A DNA stretch of 64,000 bases from Phoronis australis (taxonomy: Eukaryota > Animalia > Phoronida): positions 1,506,548 to 1,570,547 of the forward strand of contig NMRA01000025.1 of the NCBI GenBank assembly GCA_002633005.1, read 5' to 3'. The notes below the pieces were generated by a model, which did not search any database, was not told where the DNA came from, and worked only from the letters and a program-made list of their open reading frames with translations. The position numbers and the translations under genes are program-made. Below are positions 11,752 through 25,100 of this stretch, one piece after another (position 1 is the first letter of the stretch; every line of letters begins with the position of its first letter).

Positions 11752-11943
11752 GTAAGTGATCTTAAACTTGTCGGTTATCAACCTTTGTTAAGTTAAGTGT
11801 AATTTGAGATGACGAGCTTGCTGGATTATGTAATTAACTTTTCCGTCTTCTCCTACACCACCATCCATTTGTATTATCGGCTTGTCTTCATACAATAAGC
11901 CACAGCGCACGATTCGATGGTTGATTACGACTAAGAGAAGAGN

Positions 11944-12841
11944 TCAATACGGGACAGGTTTGATCAAGAAGATTACAAAATTTATATGCAGTGTGAGGAG
12001 CTGATACTCAAGGCGGCAAAAGGGGAAAACTTTGAAAATGAATACCAAGATGTTATCAGTTTTTATGAAGATGATTTTGATTCAACACTGCGCTGTCACC
12101 TGGCTACGTTTGGGGCCAATTATGCACAGGATGGTAGTCAAGAGGTAACATTGTCTCGTGTTGTGGATCATTTGCAGAAATTATCAGCCGGTCAAAAACA
12201 CTTGATCGAAAATGTAATTAAACTAGCAAACTTGCTGTTAGTGATGCCTGCAACAAATGCCAGTAGCGAACGAGCATTTAGTGCTCTTAGGCGTGTTAAG
12301 TCATATTTACGTTCCACAATGGGACAGGGGAGGTTGAACCATTTAATGTTGCTCCATGTTCACAAAGACATGTGCGATAAGCTAAATTTGGTGGATGTGG
12401 CAAACGATTTTGTACGAGGAAGTGAAATGCGAAAGGCACAACTCGGGGTTTTTACCACGTTAGACTTAGCTGCAGCCCGAGTTCCTGTGTGCAGCAGGGC
12501 AACGTCCACTGATTTATGTTGAAGAGTAAATAAAAACATTTATAATTATTTCACACCTTCATTCTTACTGTTCAGCAAGAGTAATCGTATGAGCGGCATG
12601 TATGTTGCTCCAAAAATTTCCAGTCAATCTTAACAAAAAATTAACTCTAAAAGTACAGCATCTGTTACACACCTTATTATTAGTAGACATATTTTTTCAT
12701 ATAATTCAAAACGTACCTAGTGGTTGCAGTAGTTCATTTTACAGCGTTGATATATACACCCCAGTGCAACGCAGTGGTTAGAAGTTACGTATCGACCAGG
12801 GTCGGTGCCCCCCCAATAATTTTTACCTTCCTACGGGCCTG
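11944..12841 (+). mobile_element. 3' part of a hAT DNA transposon (ZMYM1-like transposase C-terminus, 3' flank and right TIR)
   Basis: ORF to 12522 with the hAT dimerisation motif; terminal CTTCCTACGGGCCTG at 12827-12841; 5' part lost at the N join. Confidence 0.85.
11986..12522 (+). CDS. hAT transposase C-terminal fragment (hATC dimerisation domain)
   Basis: LLLVMPATNASSERAFSALRRVKSYLRSTMGQGRLNHLMLLHVH is the typical hATC signature. The frame stays open back to the N at 11943. Confidence 0.9.
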   Translation: MQCEELILKAAKGENFENEYQDVISFYEDDFDSTLRCHLATFGANYAQDGSQEVTLSRVVDHLQKLSAGQKHLIENVIKLANLLLVMPATNASSERAFSALRRVKSYLRSTMGQGRLNHLMLLHVHKDMCDKLNLVDVANDFVRGSEMRKAQLGVFTTLDLAAARVPVCSRATSTDLC

Positions 12842-15043
12842 GGCCCAAGTCATCTATTTCACTGTAATTAATCAAAACGGAATTGATGGTTGTTTTAATA
12901 CACCAATTATCTTCAACCGAAGATTAACAGATCGATCTAAGGAATGAAATAAGGTTTTAAGGGTGAAAATAGTGGCGTAATCGGATTCAAAAAGGAAATG
13001 AAGGGCCACGACAGACATGTGCATTTACAGATGTAAAAGTTTGATCACAGTGCTCGATTATGTCAAGAATGGTGAAGAAGTCCCCTTGGGAGAAATCATT
13101 TTTATCTGGCAAAATGACTTTCCTTCAAAGACCAATTTTGCTCTTCAAGCACCTATTTTGTGCCATTGGTTGGCGTTTGACTTCAGGCTATTGTACCGAA
13201 ATTACTGCCACGTACTAAGAACAATATAGTGCTCACTTTATTACGCACACACTATCAATCTACCGTATTGGGTTATACTCATTTTTTCAACGATCGTTTC
13301 TCTTGAGCATTTGCCAAATGTAGACACGGCAAATTCCATTGCCTTGTTTAAGTGGTGTAAAGTAATGTTCAGTTTATTTAGCGTCGGGTTTAAAATATAA
13401 CAAGTTAACATTAGCACAAGTGTTAGTTTCTGACGATGGAGTTAATATTTACAAAGTGCACAATAGCACAGATCCAGAATGAGGTGGCTCTGCTACAGGG
13501 TGTCCATCGAAACAGAAACCCTGGGGAAAACGGATATCCCGGAGTCGAAAACAGACCACCGCACCTTCAAAACAGCTAACCACCCCGTTAAACACTTACA
13601 GGGTGTCTCGAAATTACGGGTCAAAATAGTCGCTAGAAAAGAATTCGAGGCGTGCTTTAAGCGGCAGCATTTAAACACTCCGTAGAAGAAACGAATTGTT
13701 TTTGGGGGGGTTTAGACCACAAACCGACATACTAATCCCGCGAAGAAACTGGTTTTCTGCATAAGAAAGGCTTCTCAGCGGAAAAAAGATTTTTCCGCGG
13801 AGGAAGTGATTTTATGTAAGCTGCACACAATTCATAGACATAATATAGTAAGAATTTGAAAATGACGGCAATAACATCAGTAATGCATAGCAAACCAGAT
13901 GCTTCGTTTTATCAACGCTAAACCATCAGGTGAGGGATTAAAGAGTTCCCACCACGCATTGTCTTAGTTTTTGAGGTTCATCTTTGGGCCACCGTATTAT
14001 TCCGACGAGAGGTGATTTTGGATCTAAAAAGTCTCTGGAGACACACTTAAAAGTGTAATCACACCGTTTGTACATATAACCCTCATGTTATGAAAACGCC
14101 TTCATCAAACGAGTGACAAATGGGTATACAAGCAGACAGTTTGACAAATTCCACCTCAACGAGCCCATAGATGTAATTTTACATGCACTTGTCCTCGTTT
14201 GTGCCATGCCATGGAACTTTGCTCTACCGAATGACAAAACCGACTTTCATGGGAAATTCGCTACTCGACATCAAGCTTTTCGAGCGATGCACCTCTCGAG
14301 TCAGTTGAAACCGACTACAGTGTGAAAGGGTTGACGTAGTCTTACTGCACAATTCAGTTTTCCAGTGGCCAGTCAGCTGCATGAAACAGTCCCAAATAGG
14401 GACTCAGCTAACGCCCGTAAGTCATTTTGCGTATTTGTGTCTTTATGGACTCAAAGATGCAATATTTTTCAATTATTTCATCTTATTATGAACTCCTCTT
14501 TGATTAGTGATATTTTCTTGTAATATAGCTAAAAACTGAGCTCAGAGTTCATTGAAAATAAATAGGGACTTCGTCCTTAAATTGGGGGTGTTGCATGAAA
14601 AGATCCCTACTTATTTTCGATAATATTGACAATTTAACGTAGAGTTCACTTTCGATTTGTATCAAAGTCAAAAGTTGACTTATTAATGAAATTAAAACAA
14701 TACACTAAATTGCAACCGATGTTTTTACAAGTCCAAAACCACACAGTAGATTTAGGGAACTTAGTCGAGTCCGTGTACAGAAGTCCACGAGGACTCAATG
14801 AAGAAAACAAAAACGGTATCGTAGAAAAATCCGCCAATGATTTGTATGTTCGCGAGAACTAGAGGATATATGTGAAGTGATTTATTTCTTGTAAGTTTCA
14901 TGAACAAGCGAGACGAATAAACAACTTAAAACGTTGATTAAAAAATTTGCAATTTCTTTAGTTGTATTTATGTGTGGCTGAACCTGTCGAAATCATACTA
15001 GTGTATATACATCGGCCACCTTGCCGACCACTGATCTAAAACC

Positions 15044-15323
15044 TAGCGCAGACGGAGAATTATGAACTCAGATTGGTGTCTCAAGTAGAAAATAGCTTAA
15101 CCCTAACGGAGACGGGGAGTTACACATATAAATGAACACATCTGGGTTTCCTTTACCTCACGAGTGTAAATCATAGAATGCAAATGAGGACAAGTGAACA
15201 TAGTGCTTGTACGATGGCGTGATCACACAAATCTCGAGCCAATGGTTTTATCTCTCGGTTGCTCATTGTACCAGTGTTAAGCTATTGATTTTAGCTGATC
15301 TTCACAGCTCTCCGTCTGTGCTA
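15044..15323. mobile_element. MITE with TAGCGCAGACGGAGA...TCTCCGTCTGTGCTA TIRs
   Basis: Inverted repeat of 15+ bp read directly; TSD imperfect (acc/agc). Confidence 0.6.
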
Positions 15324-15331
15324 AGCCAAAT

Positions 15332-15411
15332 CATGGGTGGCGCACCATAGGGGGCTGGGGGGGGGGGGGAGGGCTGTAGCCCCCACTTTTTTCAGTGCTA
15401 CGCCGCCCATG
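15332..15411. mobile_element. Short CATGGGYGGCG MITE
   Basis: CATGGGTGGCG / CGCCGCCCATG with caaat/caaag flanks. Confidence 0.6.
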
Positions 15412-15732
15412 CAAAGACTACGTTTTAAAGAATTTTTAACTCGAATAGCAGTCAAGTTTATATTTCCAATCAAACTACATTACATCACGACCTAGTCTAA
15501 TGTCACAAACACTTGTCAACTAATTTACAAAAATATCCCCACCACTCAGGAACAACAATGTACAATTAAAGCGCCATCTTCTGTTTTTTCCATACAATCT
15601 CTCAGAAAACACAAAACATTCCAAGTTTGGAAAACCTCGGAACGTCATATCTCAGAAAGCGCATGCTGGACTCGTATGTAACTTTCACGTACACTTAAAG
15701 GAGAATGCCCCCCAAAAAACAACCTATTTTTG

Positions 15733-15929
15733 CTTGCGCGCACCTAGGGAGGGGGGGGGGAGAAGTGGACAAAAAAGTCCGCCTCAGAGAAACAAAAAGT
15801 CCAAGAAAACGAGACAAAAGTCCACTAACAAGGCGCAGGTTACAGTCCTGACCGGTTTTTTTGTTACCAAAAGGTCCGTACGTCGCCACAAATTCGAGCC
15901 CCCCATATTAAAGGCTGGGTGCGCGCATG
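15733..15929 (-). mobile_element. CATGCGCGCACCC-type MITE with perfect TTTTG 5-bp TSD
   Basis: ttttg|CTTGCGCGCACC...GGGTGCGCGCATG|ttttg. Confidence 0.8.
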
Positions 15930-17743
15930 TTTTGTATCAATTTAGATCGAGTAGTTCCACTCGATCACAGCAAGTTCAGTTGTTTTACCGGACACCTGAC
16001 GGCAGATGGAGGTGTTTGAAAATAACCAATGAACGCAGTCTGTTCAGCCGTTCGAAACACGCTTACTGGTGTCAACTTATCGCTTGAATGCATCGTTTTA
16101 CACCAATAGATCATCAAATTTCGGCGCTAAGCCCTTGCAAATACAGCAAATTCTTGAACAAACGTGTTTTTTTATTTCACTGTTACGGATTTTTAGGTAT
16201 TTGAACGTACCGTAGCCTACAGAGTTCGGCCAAGGAGTGTAGACTCCTAAGTTCTGTTGGCCAATTGATGGTCGATCGCGGGAGTTTGGGTCTATTTGGT
16301 GATAAATACGAATCATTCTTCCGTGAAATAAAGACATGAAAGATAGCTGTGTGTTGTACTTTTAGACTTGCGATTTCTTTCCAGCCAGTGCCTCGAACCC
16401 CGAACAGGCCCGTCGCGGCCGCCGCCGCGCGGACTGGACATCACGAACTTAAACCAGCTTAAATTGGAAACTAAACCTCCAGTCACGAAAATACTATACT
16501 TGTGAGCTAAAGAAATAATACACATAATTATTTTGATGAATTAGCCACGAAGCTGCAAATCTACTTACTTGTCGGGGGCCGCGAAGTCAAGTTGCCCTTT
16601 TACATAACCGTCAGGGCAAACGTTGTACAGTAACAATGATGTGAATAATGTATTTGTATACCTAAATAAAGATTAAGAATTGTTTTCAAAATGTTCCACA
16701 TTTGCATAGGACTTATATGTCTTACGGAAATATTCCAAAAAGACGCATATAACGAAATTTTGAATTCAGAAAACTGTTACGCGTTTTTGAGATTCCACCT
16801 CGAAACTTACATCAATAGATTGGACACGTTATTGACACCGATGATGTTTGCTATGCGTGTACCTTTCTTTTATTGCTGAATTTCGTCAAAAAGACTAAGT
16901 CACGTGACCCAACTCTTATTAAAATCGTATTCTGCAGGTTTTCTACTTTCAGAAAATATATTTTAATTTTACAAAGTTCAGTAGTTTTTTAGATTTGGTT
17001 ACATACACAGATCTGCCGATCACATTATACTTTAAATTTAACAAATTTACGGAAAAATCTCCTGTTTGAAAAACTGAAAAATTTGCTTAAGATCGAAGCT
17101 TGTACCAAATTATAAATGTATTAGTCATATAAATGACCTTACTTGTAATTGTATTAGTCATGATAAATGACCTTCTATCGCCTACTCCGGTCTTTGTTTC
17201 ATCTCTGGTAACGAGCTAGTGACGCACGAACTCTTATATATCATTCGGGACATATGTCGATCATAAATAAGCAAATTTTGACCGTCCCAAAGTCAAGAAA
17301 ACTTTACCCGAGAAAGACCAATTTTGCATAGGCAGCTATTTTCGACGAAATGATGAATGCCAAAATTGCTCAGGTACCAATCTTCAGAATCAAGAATATA
17401 AATCGGTAAATAAAACAAGAATGGATCAACTGAAATTAGAAATTTTCGGATGTAATAACTTCCTTTGTTGTTTTATTTACCGATTTATATTCATTTCATG
17501 AAACAATAGTATCCTTGGGAGGATCTGGATCGCCTTATTTAGTTTCAGATATATTTTCTACGTTATTCAGAATCAAGAAAATTCAATTTAGGCTTTAATT
17601 TCAGTGACCTAAACCGTATAAACGGTCGAACCTGGAGAATTTTCACCGTACAATTACATACCATCATCGACATAGTGTTTGAACGTCTGTCTTTCCAGGA
17701 AAAAAACTCAAAACACCCAACTAGAATTGTTGCCTTGCTGACT

Positions 17744-17749
17744 TTTATT
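17744..17749 (-). terminator. Candidate polyadenylation signal of the SLC7 transcript
   Basis: Minus-strand AATAAA followed about 20 nt later by a GT/T-rich tract (GTTGGGTGTTTTGAGTTTTTT). Would imply a ~4.3-kb 3' UTR. Confidence 0.4.
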
Positions 17750-17837
17750 CAAATAGTTAAATATTCACCCACCAACAAGCCAACTCAGGAAATCAACACC
17801 TTTGCACACGTGCATTAAAGTATTGTACACAGCATCC

Positions 17838-18082
17838 GTCTGTTTCAAGAAGAGCAACTTAAAACTTAAGTCACAAATTTGGTCTTAGGTACCATACAAT
17901 TTCTAAAAAATAACCAAAACTCACTTTGGTTAAGTTACAGAGACAATTTGTACCAATTAATTCCAGATAGTTATGTGCCCACGATAATTACTTGGATAAA
18001 CTTTTTTTTATTTAATTGCCAAGCGTTAGCCTAAGACCTAATTTCTGACATCAGTCCTACTCACGTTTCATGAAACAGACCC
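17838..18082. mobile_element. PIF/Harbinger-like MITE (GGNCTGTTTCATGAA family)
   Basis: GTCTGTTTCAAGAA...TTCATGAAACAGAC with internal AAATTTGGTCTTAG / TAAGACCTAATTT arms. Confidence 0.65.
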
Positions 18083-20817
18083 CAGTGGCTGGTCGCATAA
18101 AACAGTCCCAAAAGACACCCAACCATGTCCCTAAATTTTCTGCACATTTGAAGACTTCGTGCAAACACTGACTGTCATCTCTTCTATTGTATCTTCATTG
18201 CAGGGCAAGTTTTAGTTGTCTTCACATTACTGCAACTTCCCTGACTTGTGGACTTGGTCCTTAATCCCTTTCATTGAGAGAAAGGTTCAGTTTTCAGCCG
18301 TGTAACAAGAAATTGTCACAAGTAAAAGCAGAGCTCCCAATAAATATAAAATGATGGAAAGTACAACACAAGTGAGTGATCAAGGTCTACATATACAGCA
18401 GCGCTGAAATCCAGGGGACATAACTGAGCCACTATTGACAGTTTCATGCAATTGCAGACACAGAAGCCTCTTTCACTTAAGTGTCTCATTTCTTACAGTC
18501 AGAATGCAGACTCATGCCAAAAGTTACAACTGCTCGCACCTCTCGTCTAGGCTGTGTGCAACACAAAAAAAAAACATGGACAAGTTACCACATTTCAGTG
18601 AAACAGGCTGCAGGACAGTTCCTGGATTGCAGTACACATTCGTGTGACATTTTTGGAGCAAAGATGTTCATGGTACCTGCTGAACACTCAATACACAATG
18701 AACTAATATAAGTCGGAGAAAAAATTCACAAACTCACTTCCTCACAGGCTTTCAATTGTATATCAATAAAAAAGTAATGCCTAAAGTATGGTCGGATATC
18801 TGTAAACACAATAACATATGCACTCTACTTCACCAAGTCAACTGCCCAATGATGACAGAGTACAAAAATTATTTGTTTTACGCAAGTCACGAAGTTCCTA
18901 AATTGGCCATTGCTATTTAGTCTTAATTTTCAACCACAATACATACATGCACTACATACCTACACAGTAACTTCAAATCCCATTCTACACAGGCACAGAT
19001 CAAGTAATATCAACTCTTAGCTCATAACCTATTGATTTCTGAACGCCTACTACATACCCTGCTCAAGATTCGTCACTTCTATTTTGTAAAGCTCAGAGAA
19101 CATCTCGAGAAGTAACAAAGCTGGTAACACTATTAACTGGTTTTGCTACTTAAATACTTTCAACCCAGCATAGTTACTAGCACTTTCAACAGGTTACAAA
19201 TAAAATAAAACAAAACTAAAAAAACACCTGAAGTACATGGATTACGAACAGATCTGTTTTCATCAGAATAGCTAGGTATTTCAGTGTCTTTTTATAAAAA
19301 ATCTACAACTTGTCAGTTCATCCTTTAATGAGATTACCCCCGAAAAACGATAGAAATTACACAAAACAATAGAATGACATTTTTAGGTCAATAAAACTGG
19401 GCATTAGGGTAAAATGCCTTGGAGCCTATGTGAAACCATTTACAATGACAAAAGTGTCTCATTGGAAAACAAAGCTAAACGAAATTTTGAGCATCATTTT
19501 CAACATAAGCGTCAACAATAGCAAACCTAGATGTATATAGAAACACCCATCTAATGCTAACCTAGTTGTATATAGAAACACCGGTCTAATGCTAACCAAA
19601 ATCCCAAGCCACAGGTCACCACTACCAACCCATGATACAAAATGAAACAGCTCAAACTAACATCTAGTCTCTTCTCAACTACTCTTAATCATCTAGGAGA
19701 CTACAACAGATGTCAGTGACACCTAGAGGGGGAGGCAATATAACCAGAGTGCTACTACAGAGGCCAATACACTTCTGCCACCTTAAATGAAATCAAATTA
19801 AATTAGGTAGAATCAAAGAATAGCCTACATGGGATTTTTTAATTCTTCAAGTTTCGCCAAACGAATTTCTGAAACATAAGGTCACATTAATCGCTTTTTA
19901 TAGATTAAAACCAGTTGTAACCACCACTGAACACCATACTGGCTTTTGTCAATTCCATGTGTTTCAAAGTCCCCTCATAAGTATGTATTAACCCAAACTT
20001 GTGCATTGGCACACAGTGCAATAGCTCCTCAATGTTCATTTCAATAACGAAGAAAACACGCACGTAATTTACATTAATTCCTAGATCTTCAATAGGACAC
20101 AATCATCATCATAACAGGGGAGTAATCTAAAACAACTGACGTGAACGCAAATAGAAAGCTGTTCGCATGCAACTAGCTTTTCACTGAGCATTTGACAAAA
20201 GCCTAGCTTTTAGGCACATGGACCTAAATAGGTGCTTATAAAGAAAACAGGAAAATGTTCAGGCCCAGTGAATAGCCAAGCAAGTCATAAGATGTAGTCA
20301 TCGAATTTGTATTTCTATGGTCTGAAAGTGTGAAATTTCTAGATAACCAGACAACTGGGCAATTTGTAAGGTGATTCTACACAGGTGCTGCAGTTCTTCA
20401 GAACCATGTGGTAACCACAAGATTTCTGTAATGCCTTTATTATATTACAAGTGATGACCTCTACACTCACCACCGATGGTTTTAAGGTGCTTCAACCCCC
20501 TAGTAATGAAACCTGTAATTATATTTCAGACTAACAAATACGGTAATACATAGATACACTATGCCTACCCCCTCTTGCACTTAATTGCATTGTTTTTTTT
20601 TGAGAATTCTTTCACCAGCTTTCCATTAAAAACAGTGTGGTAGAACCTAGCCATATCTACAGACACAAAACACTCTGCGTAAAATGCTGCCTTCAAAAAT
20701 TGCTAGCTGGGAGCCTTTCGCATTGGCAAATAAATATTTAACGGATAAGATTCATCGCTATACTAACATAAATAACAAATAGGGCCTGTGTTAACTCAAG
20801 CAAACAATAACATAGAA

Positions 20818-21325
20818 GGACTGTTACATGAGAAATGACTAAGAATTTAAGTCAGAAATTCGGTCTCACACAACACAACTACTCGCGAAAGTAACTGAGC
20901 CTCACCTGAGCAAAAGTGCACAAAGTCTCTGAGAATATACACGACTGCTAGTTATTTCTAGACTGAGATGTTCTCGTAATTACGTGACTTAAATCTTTCC
21001 CACCGATTGAGAAGAGGGAGCGAGAGACCGAATTTCTGTCCTAAGTCTCATTCATGAAACAAATCCTGGACTATGTTTCACGAAAAGTATCTCAAGCCAG
21101 ACAATTTGTCATAACCTCCATATAAATATTTCCAAAAATTATTTAATCTCTCTTCAAACAAAGTACAAAATTTCTGTGAGAATATATTCACAGTTGTTAG
21201 CTAATCTGATAATTTGTATAAATTACTAGTAAAGTATAATGTACTAATTACCTGCCAAAAAGTTATTTACTAACTGCGAAGACAACATTTCTGAAGCTTA
21301 AGTCACTTTTCACAAAACAGGTCCC
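20818..21325. mobile_element. Two adjacent Harbinger-like MITEs (20818-21066, 21068-21325)
   Basis: TIRs related to 17838-18082 and 61229-61487. Confidence 0.6.
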
Positions 21326-22075
21326 AGAACACATACAAGCAATAGGCACAGCTAGTACGAATAATGAATTTCATAATACAAGCAATAGGCACAGCTTGTA
21401 CGGATAATGAAGTTCACAATCACCAAAAACAACGCAATGACAACAACAACAACAACAATAGTCTTTCACAGACAATGAGAAAAACGACCAAAATATTCAC
21501 AATAAGCATGACCATATAGTGTACAAAACCACAAAGGACACCCTTTATGCATGGTGAATGCTTTCTGTAACAATAAACATCAGCAAAGGGGTGATTTATA
21601 TTTGACATGTATGTCATCTCGTCAACAAAGCTCATCTCAATTTTTCTCTTCAAACAAATTGACAGAAGATAGGAGCACGGACACACGTAAATGACTTGTA
21701 AATTATCCGTCTGCCATCTAATCAGCTGAAGCTCATGATACTGAAAACCTGCTCCAAAATGATCTATTTCATTATACTGAGGGCTTAAACTGTAATGTCT
21801 CATCTTAAAACATTTGCAAAAATCCTGAGAATAACTGAAGTGTATGCAACATATCAAAATACAAGATGAACTGACCTAATATTCATATACACAGATTCTC
21901 TTTGCGCGAACTCCTTCAAAAGAGATTTGCTAAGTAAACAGGATTAAACTCTCTTTGCATGAAGTGGATTCACAGAACAAGTACGGTGCGGTATCATTAG
22001 CAACCCCATGAACATTTGAGCGAGTCACCGTCAATCGTAGGAACAGACGACTACTTTTGTTGAGGTGACCACAAA

Positions 22076-22161
22076 CTACTCCAACTTTTCTTCAGCCAGG
22101 TCAGGGGCATCATCTTGAGAAACAACGTCAAACATCTTCTGGCCTTGCATAGTGAGATTCA
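22076..22161 (-). CDS. SLC7 exon 11 (terminal, ...[21 protein letters not shown])
   Basis: ttccag| phase-1 acceptor; TAG at 22078-22076. Confidence 0.85.
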
Positions 22162-25100
22162 CTGGAATTAGAATGTTTAACGGGATTAAGAAAGCCAAGT
22201 TGACGGAGACAACAAAGTCACACTAATACACAGCATCTCTTAGTGTCGCCTACACTCAAACATTGATACCTGGGATTCAATCTTAATATCAAGTACCAAG
22301 ATCATCAGAAAGCATTGATATAAGCATTGATATCAGCATTGATATCAGCATTGATATCAGCATTGATATCAGCAATGGTGAAGATATAAAGGGAGCACTG
22401 AAGTGAGTCACCTAAGAAAACTTAAAATATAGTTTACGAGGTACAGTGCAAGCTATTCAAATATTAGCGACTGCAATGGCAAACAATGAAATTATAGTAA
22501 AGAAAACGACAAGAGCAGCGTGGAGCGTTGAAATGCGCCCACGAATGCATTGTAAATGGTGTGCTTTTAGGGTTATTTATTTGTATCATAAAAATGGCCA
22601 CTAGATGGCGCAAAAACGTACAATCCACCCAAAAACAGGAACATGCTATATTTCATAAAAATCTGTCAAGGAACTTCAGAGAAACAAAGAAAAATAAAAT
22701 GAAATTGCCACTAGTGGGCACAGTGTCCGTTGAATCCGCCTGAAAGTCGTCGTCTGTTGTTGTCTTCATATAAATACACTTACTAAAGTTAATAAAGATC
22801 CTGCTGTCGGTTTAGGAGATACAACTATGGGCGCAAAACAAAACTACCACTAGAATGCGCCACAGTAGTCACTCACCATCATCAAAGGTCGTCTTCACAC
22901 TGAGAACAAATATGCCAATTTTCAAATAATTTGGTTGATACAGGGGTGGATGCCAAAACCAAGATTTGAAAACAGCAAAACTGGCCACTAGGTGGCGCAA
23001 ACTACGTTGAATCCATCCAATACGAGAGGATAGCGTCATCTCACTTATATCTGCCTACATACCAAATTTCATGAAAATCCGTTCAGTCCTTTTGAAGATA
23101 CAAAGCATAAAAAACTAAAATTGCCACTAGGGGACACACCGGTAATCGGATCCATCCGAAAGTTCGCTCATGCCGTCCATTCATGAAAGGAACATATGCG
23201 CCAAATTTCATGAACGTATGTCAAAGGGTTTTGGACATAGAGCACCGGACGCCGGACATACGGAGATAACGGCATAATACGTCCACATATAAATATGTGG
23301 GTGCATAAAAATTACAACTGTTGTACTGCATCCGTCAAATTGAACCAATAATGCTGACCTACAAGTCCTTTGCTATACTTATTCCTCACATAGAGAGGCA
23401 TAAACAATAACCGAATACCGATTAGAAGTACTAAAATTGTCACGATGGGGCAACACAAGACTGAACTGTCCAGTTATGTGCTGATCACTCCAACATTAAA
23501 ATGAAGGGGCGCAGGAAAAAGCGGATGTGGGTGGAAAGGAAGGAAACGTAATGGGTGGGAGACAGAGGATGGGAGCCAGAGGGTAAGACAGGCGAGAGGG
23601 CAGGAGCGGTGGGAGGAGAGGGTGGGATAGGAGGGGGACAGGGGGTGAGGAGAGGAGAAAAGGGGAGGGATGAGGAAGAAAGCACAGGAGAAATAGGGGA
23701 AGAGAGTGGAAGGTGGGACATAAAGGAGATGTTTGGGCGGCTGGAAATTGGAGGAAGAAGAGGCCGCAGTGGGGGAAGGTATAAAGAGAGTGAGGAGGGG
23801 AATAGGGAGAGATAAAGACAAAAAAGACAAGAAAGAGATCGAGAAAGACTTACTGATCCATCTACGAAAGACAATAGGCTTTGACTTCCAGGCAACACCC
23901 AGGATGTAGACAGGAATGCCCGAGGCGACGATGAGACAGCCCATTCCCGTGTCGTATGGAGCGGCATATAGAGGCACGATCAGCAAAAAGGCAACAGCAA
24001 GCAGGAAGACTATTGGTATCACCAGGGGGAACTGGAATAAATGATAAATGATTGATAAGCTAATACAGCTTAATATGATTCACAAAGCACACACCGACGA
24101 GATTTGACATTAAATGCATTCGACATACATCAGGCAAAAAAGTTCATTTGATTTCAGTTGATAGTATTCACTCGCATCGTTTGTCAGTCTATGCACCAAT
24201 GCGTGTGCTTGAGCTTTCCTACCAAACATTCGCCATGCAGTGAAACTTCCATAAAATGCGAGTGTGTAACTTGGATCTCCAAAAATTAACAAATTTTTTT
24301 CAAACAGTGTAAAATGACAATTTCATGGCTCTAGTACCCCCATTGAATTCACAAAATGAAAAATAACATTCTCAGCTACACAACAAAATTAACATCTGAA
24401 TCATTATTTTGTAAATTTGTGCACTTAACAAGTTTCACCTTTGCCATTGCAACACACTGATCGATCCAATTTCATTTTCAGTATTGCATTGCCAGTTAAC
24501 GGTATTTCAATTTCTAATTTTAATGCTGTACTTCATTCTCTTTAGCTAGCTGAAAAGCAAAATCAAAGTAGGCCTTTTACTCTCATAAAATCAGTCTTGT
24601 AAATATTCTTTAGTGTTTTAGGATTCCATTTCCCTTTCAGTTACAGGTAATGCACATGCGCCATTTTTGAAATCATAATTCTAGGGTTGGCCAACCCCCA
24701 TAAACCCCGAAGGTTCCAGGTTCAAATATAAGCTGGGTCTCATCTCAGAAAACCTCTTATCTCACCAATAACCCTTTCAACTGCCCGAGACAATAGACAT
24801 ACCACTATTGGTCGTTTCATGTCCGGTCTCGTCCTTCTCAAATATAACATTCCAGCAATGGACGCGCCAACGGATAACCACTGAACAAAGCTCATGTAGT
24901 TAATGAGAGCGAAGATGTCACTAGAGGCCAACATGACGAGCGACAAGCCACCCTAGAAAGGTAAGAGACAAATGACGTGATGCCAAAGAAAGTGGATTAG
25001 TCATTCAACTAATAGTTTAATTTTAAGATGCACAGCTCCGCATTCTTATGCTAGATGATTTTGGATAACTATGTATTTCGGTCGAATGAATAAACTATTC

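Larger units (their letters stand above)
7822..11942 (+). repeat. Second copy of ~2514-6687 (uncollapsed haplotype or recent tandem duplicate)
   Basis: Colinear near-identical sequence with substitutions and indels; bounded by the N gap and the single N at 11943. Confidence 0.95.

Noticed and set aside
16395-16445. Short GC-rich island (GCGGCCGCCGCCGCGCGG)
   Set aside because: Could be a promoter or TE fragment, but no associated exon or structure could be supported.
23474-23853. Pro/Ser/Leu-rich extension of the SLC7 ORF
   Set aside because: Read-through past a canonical donor into a low-complexity intron; the true last exon is 22161-22076.
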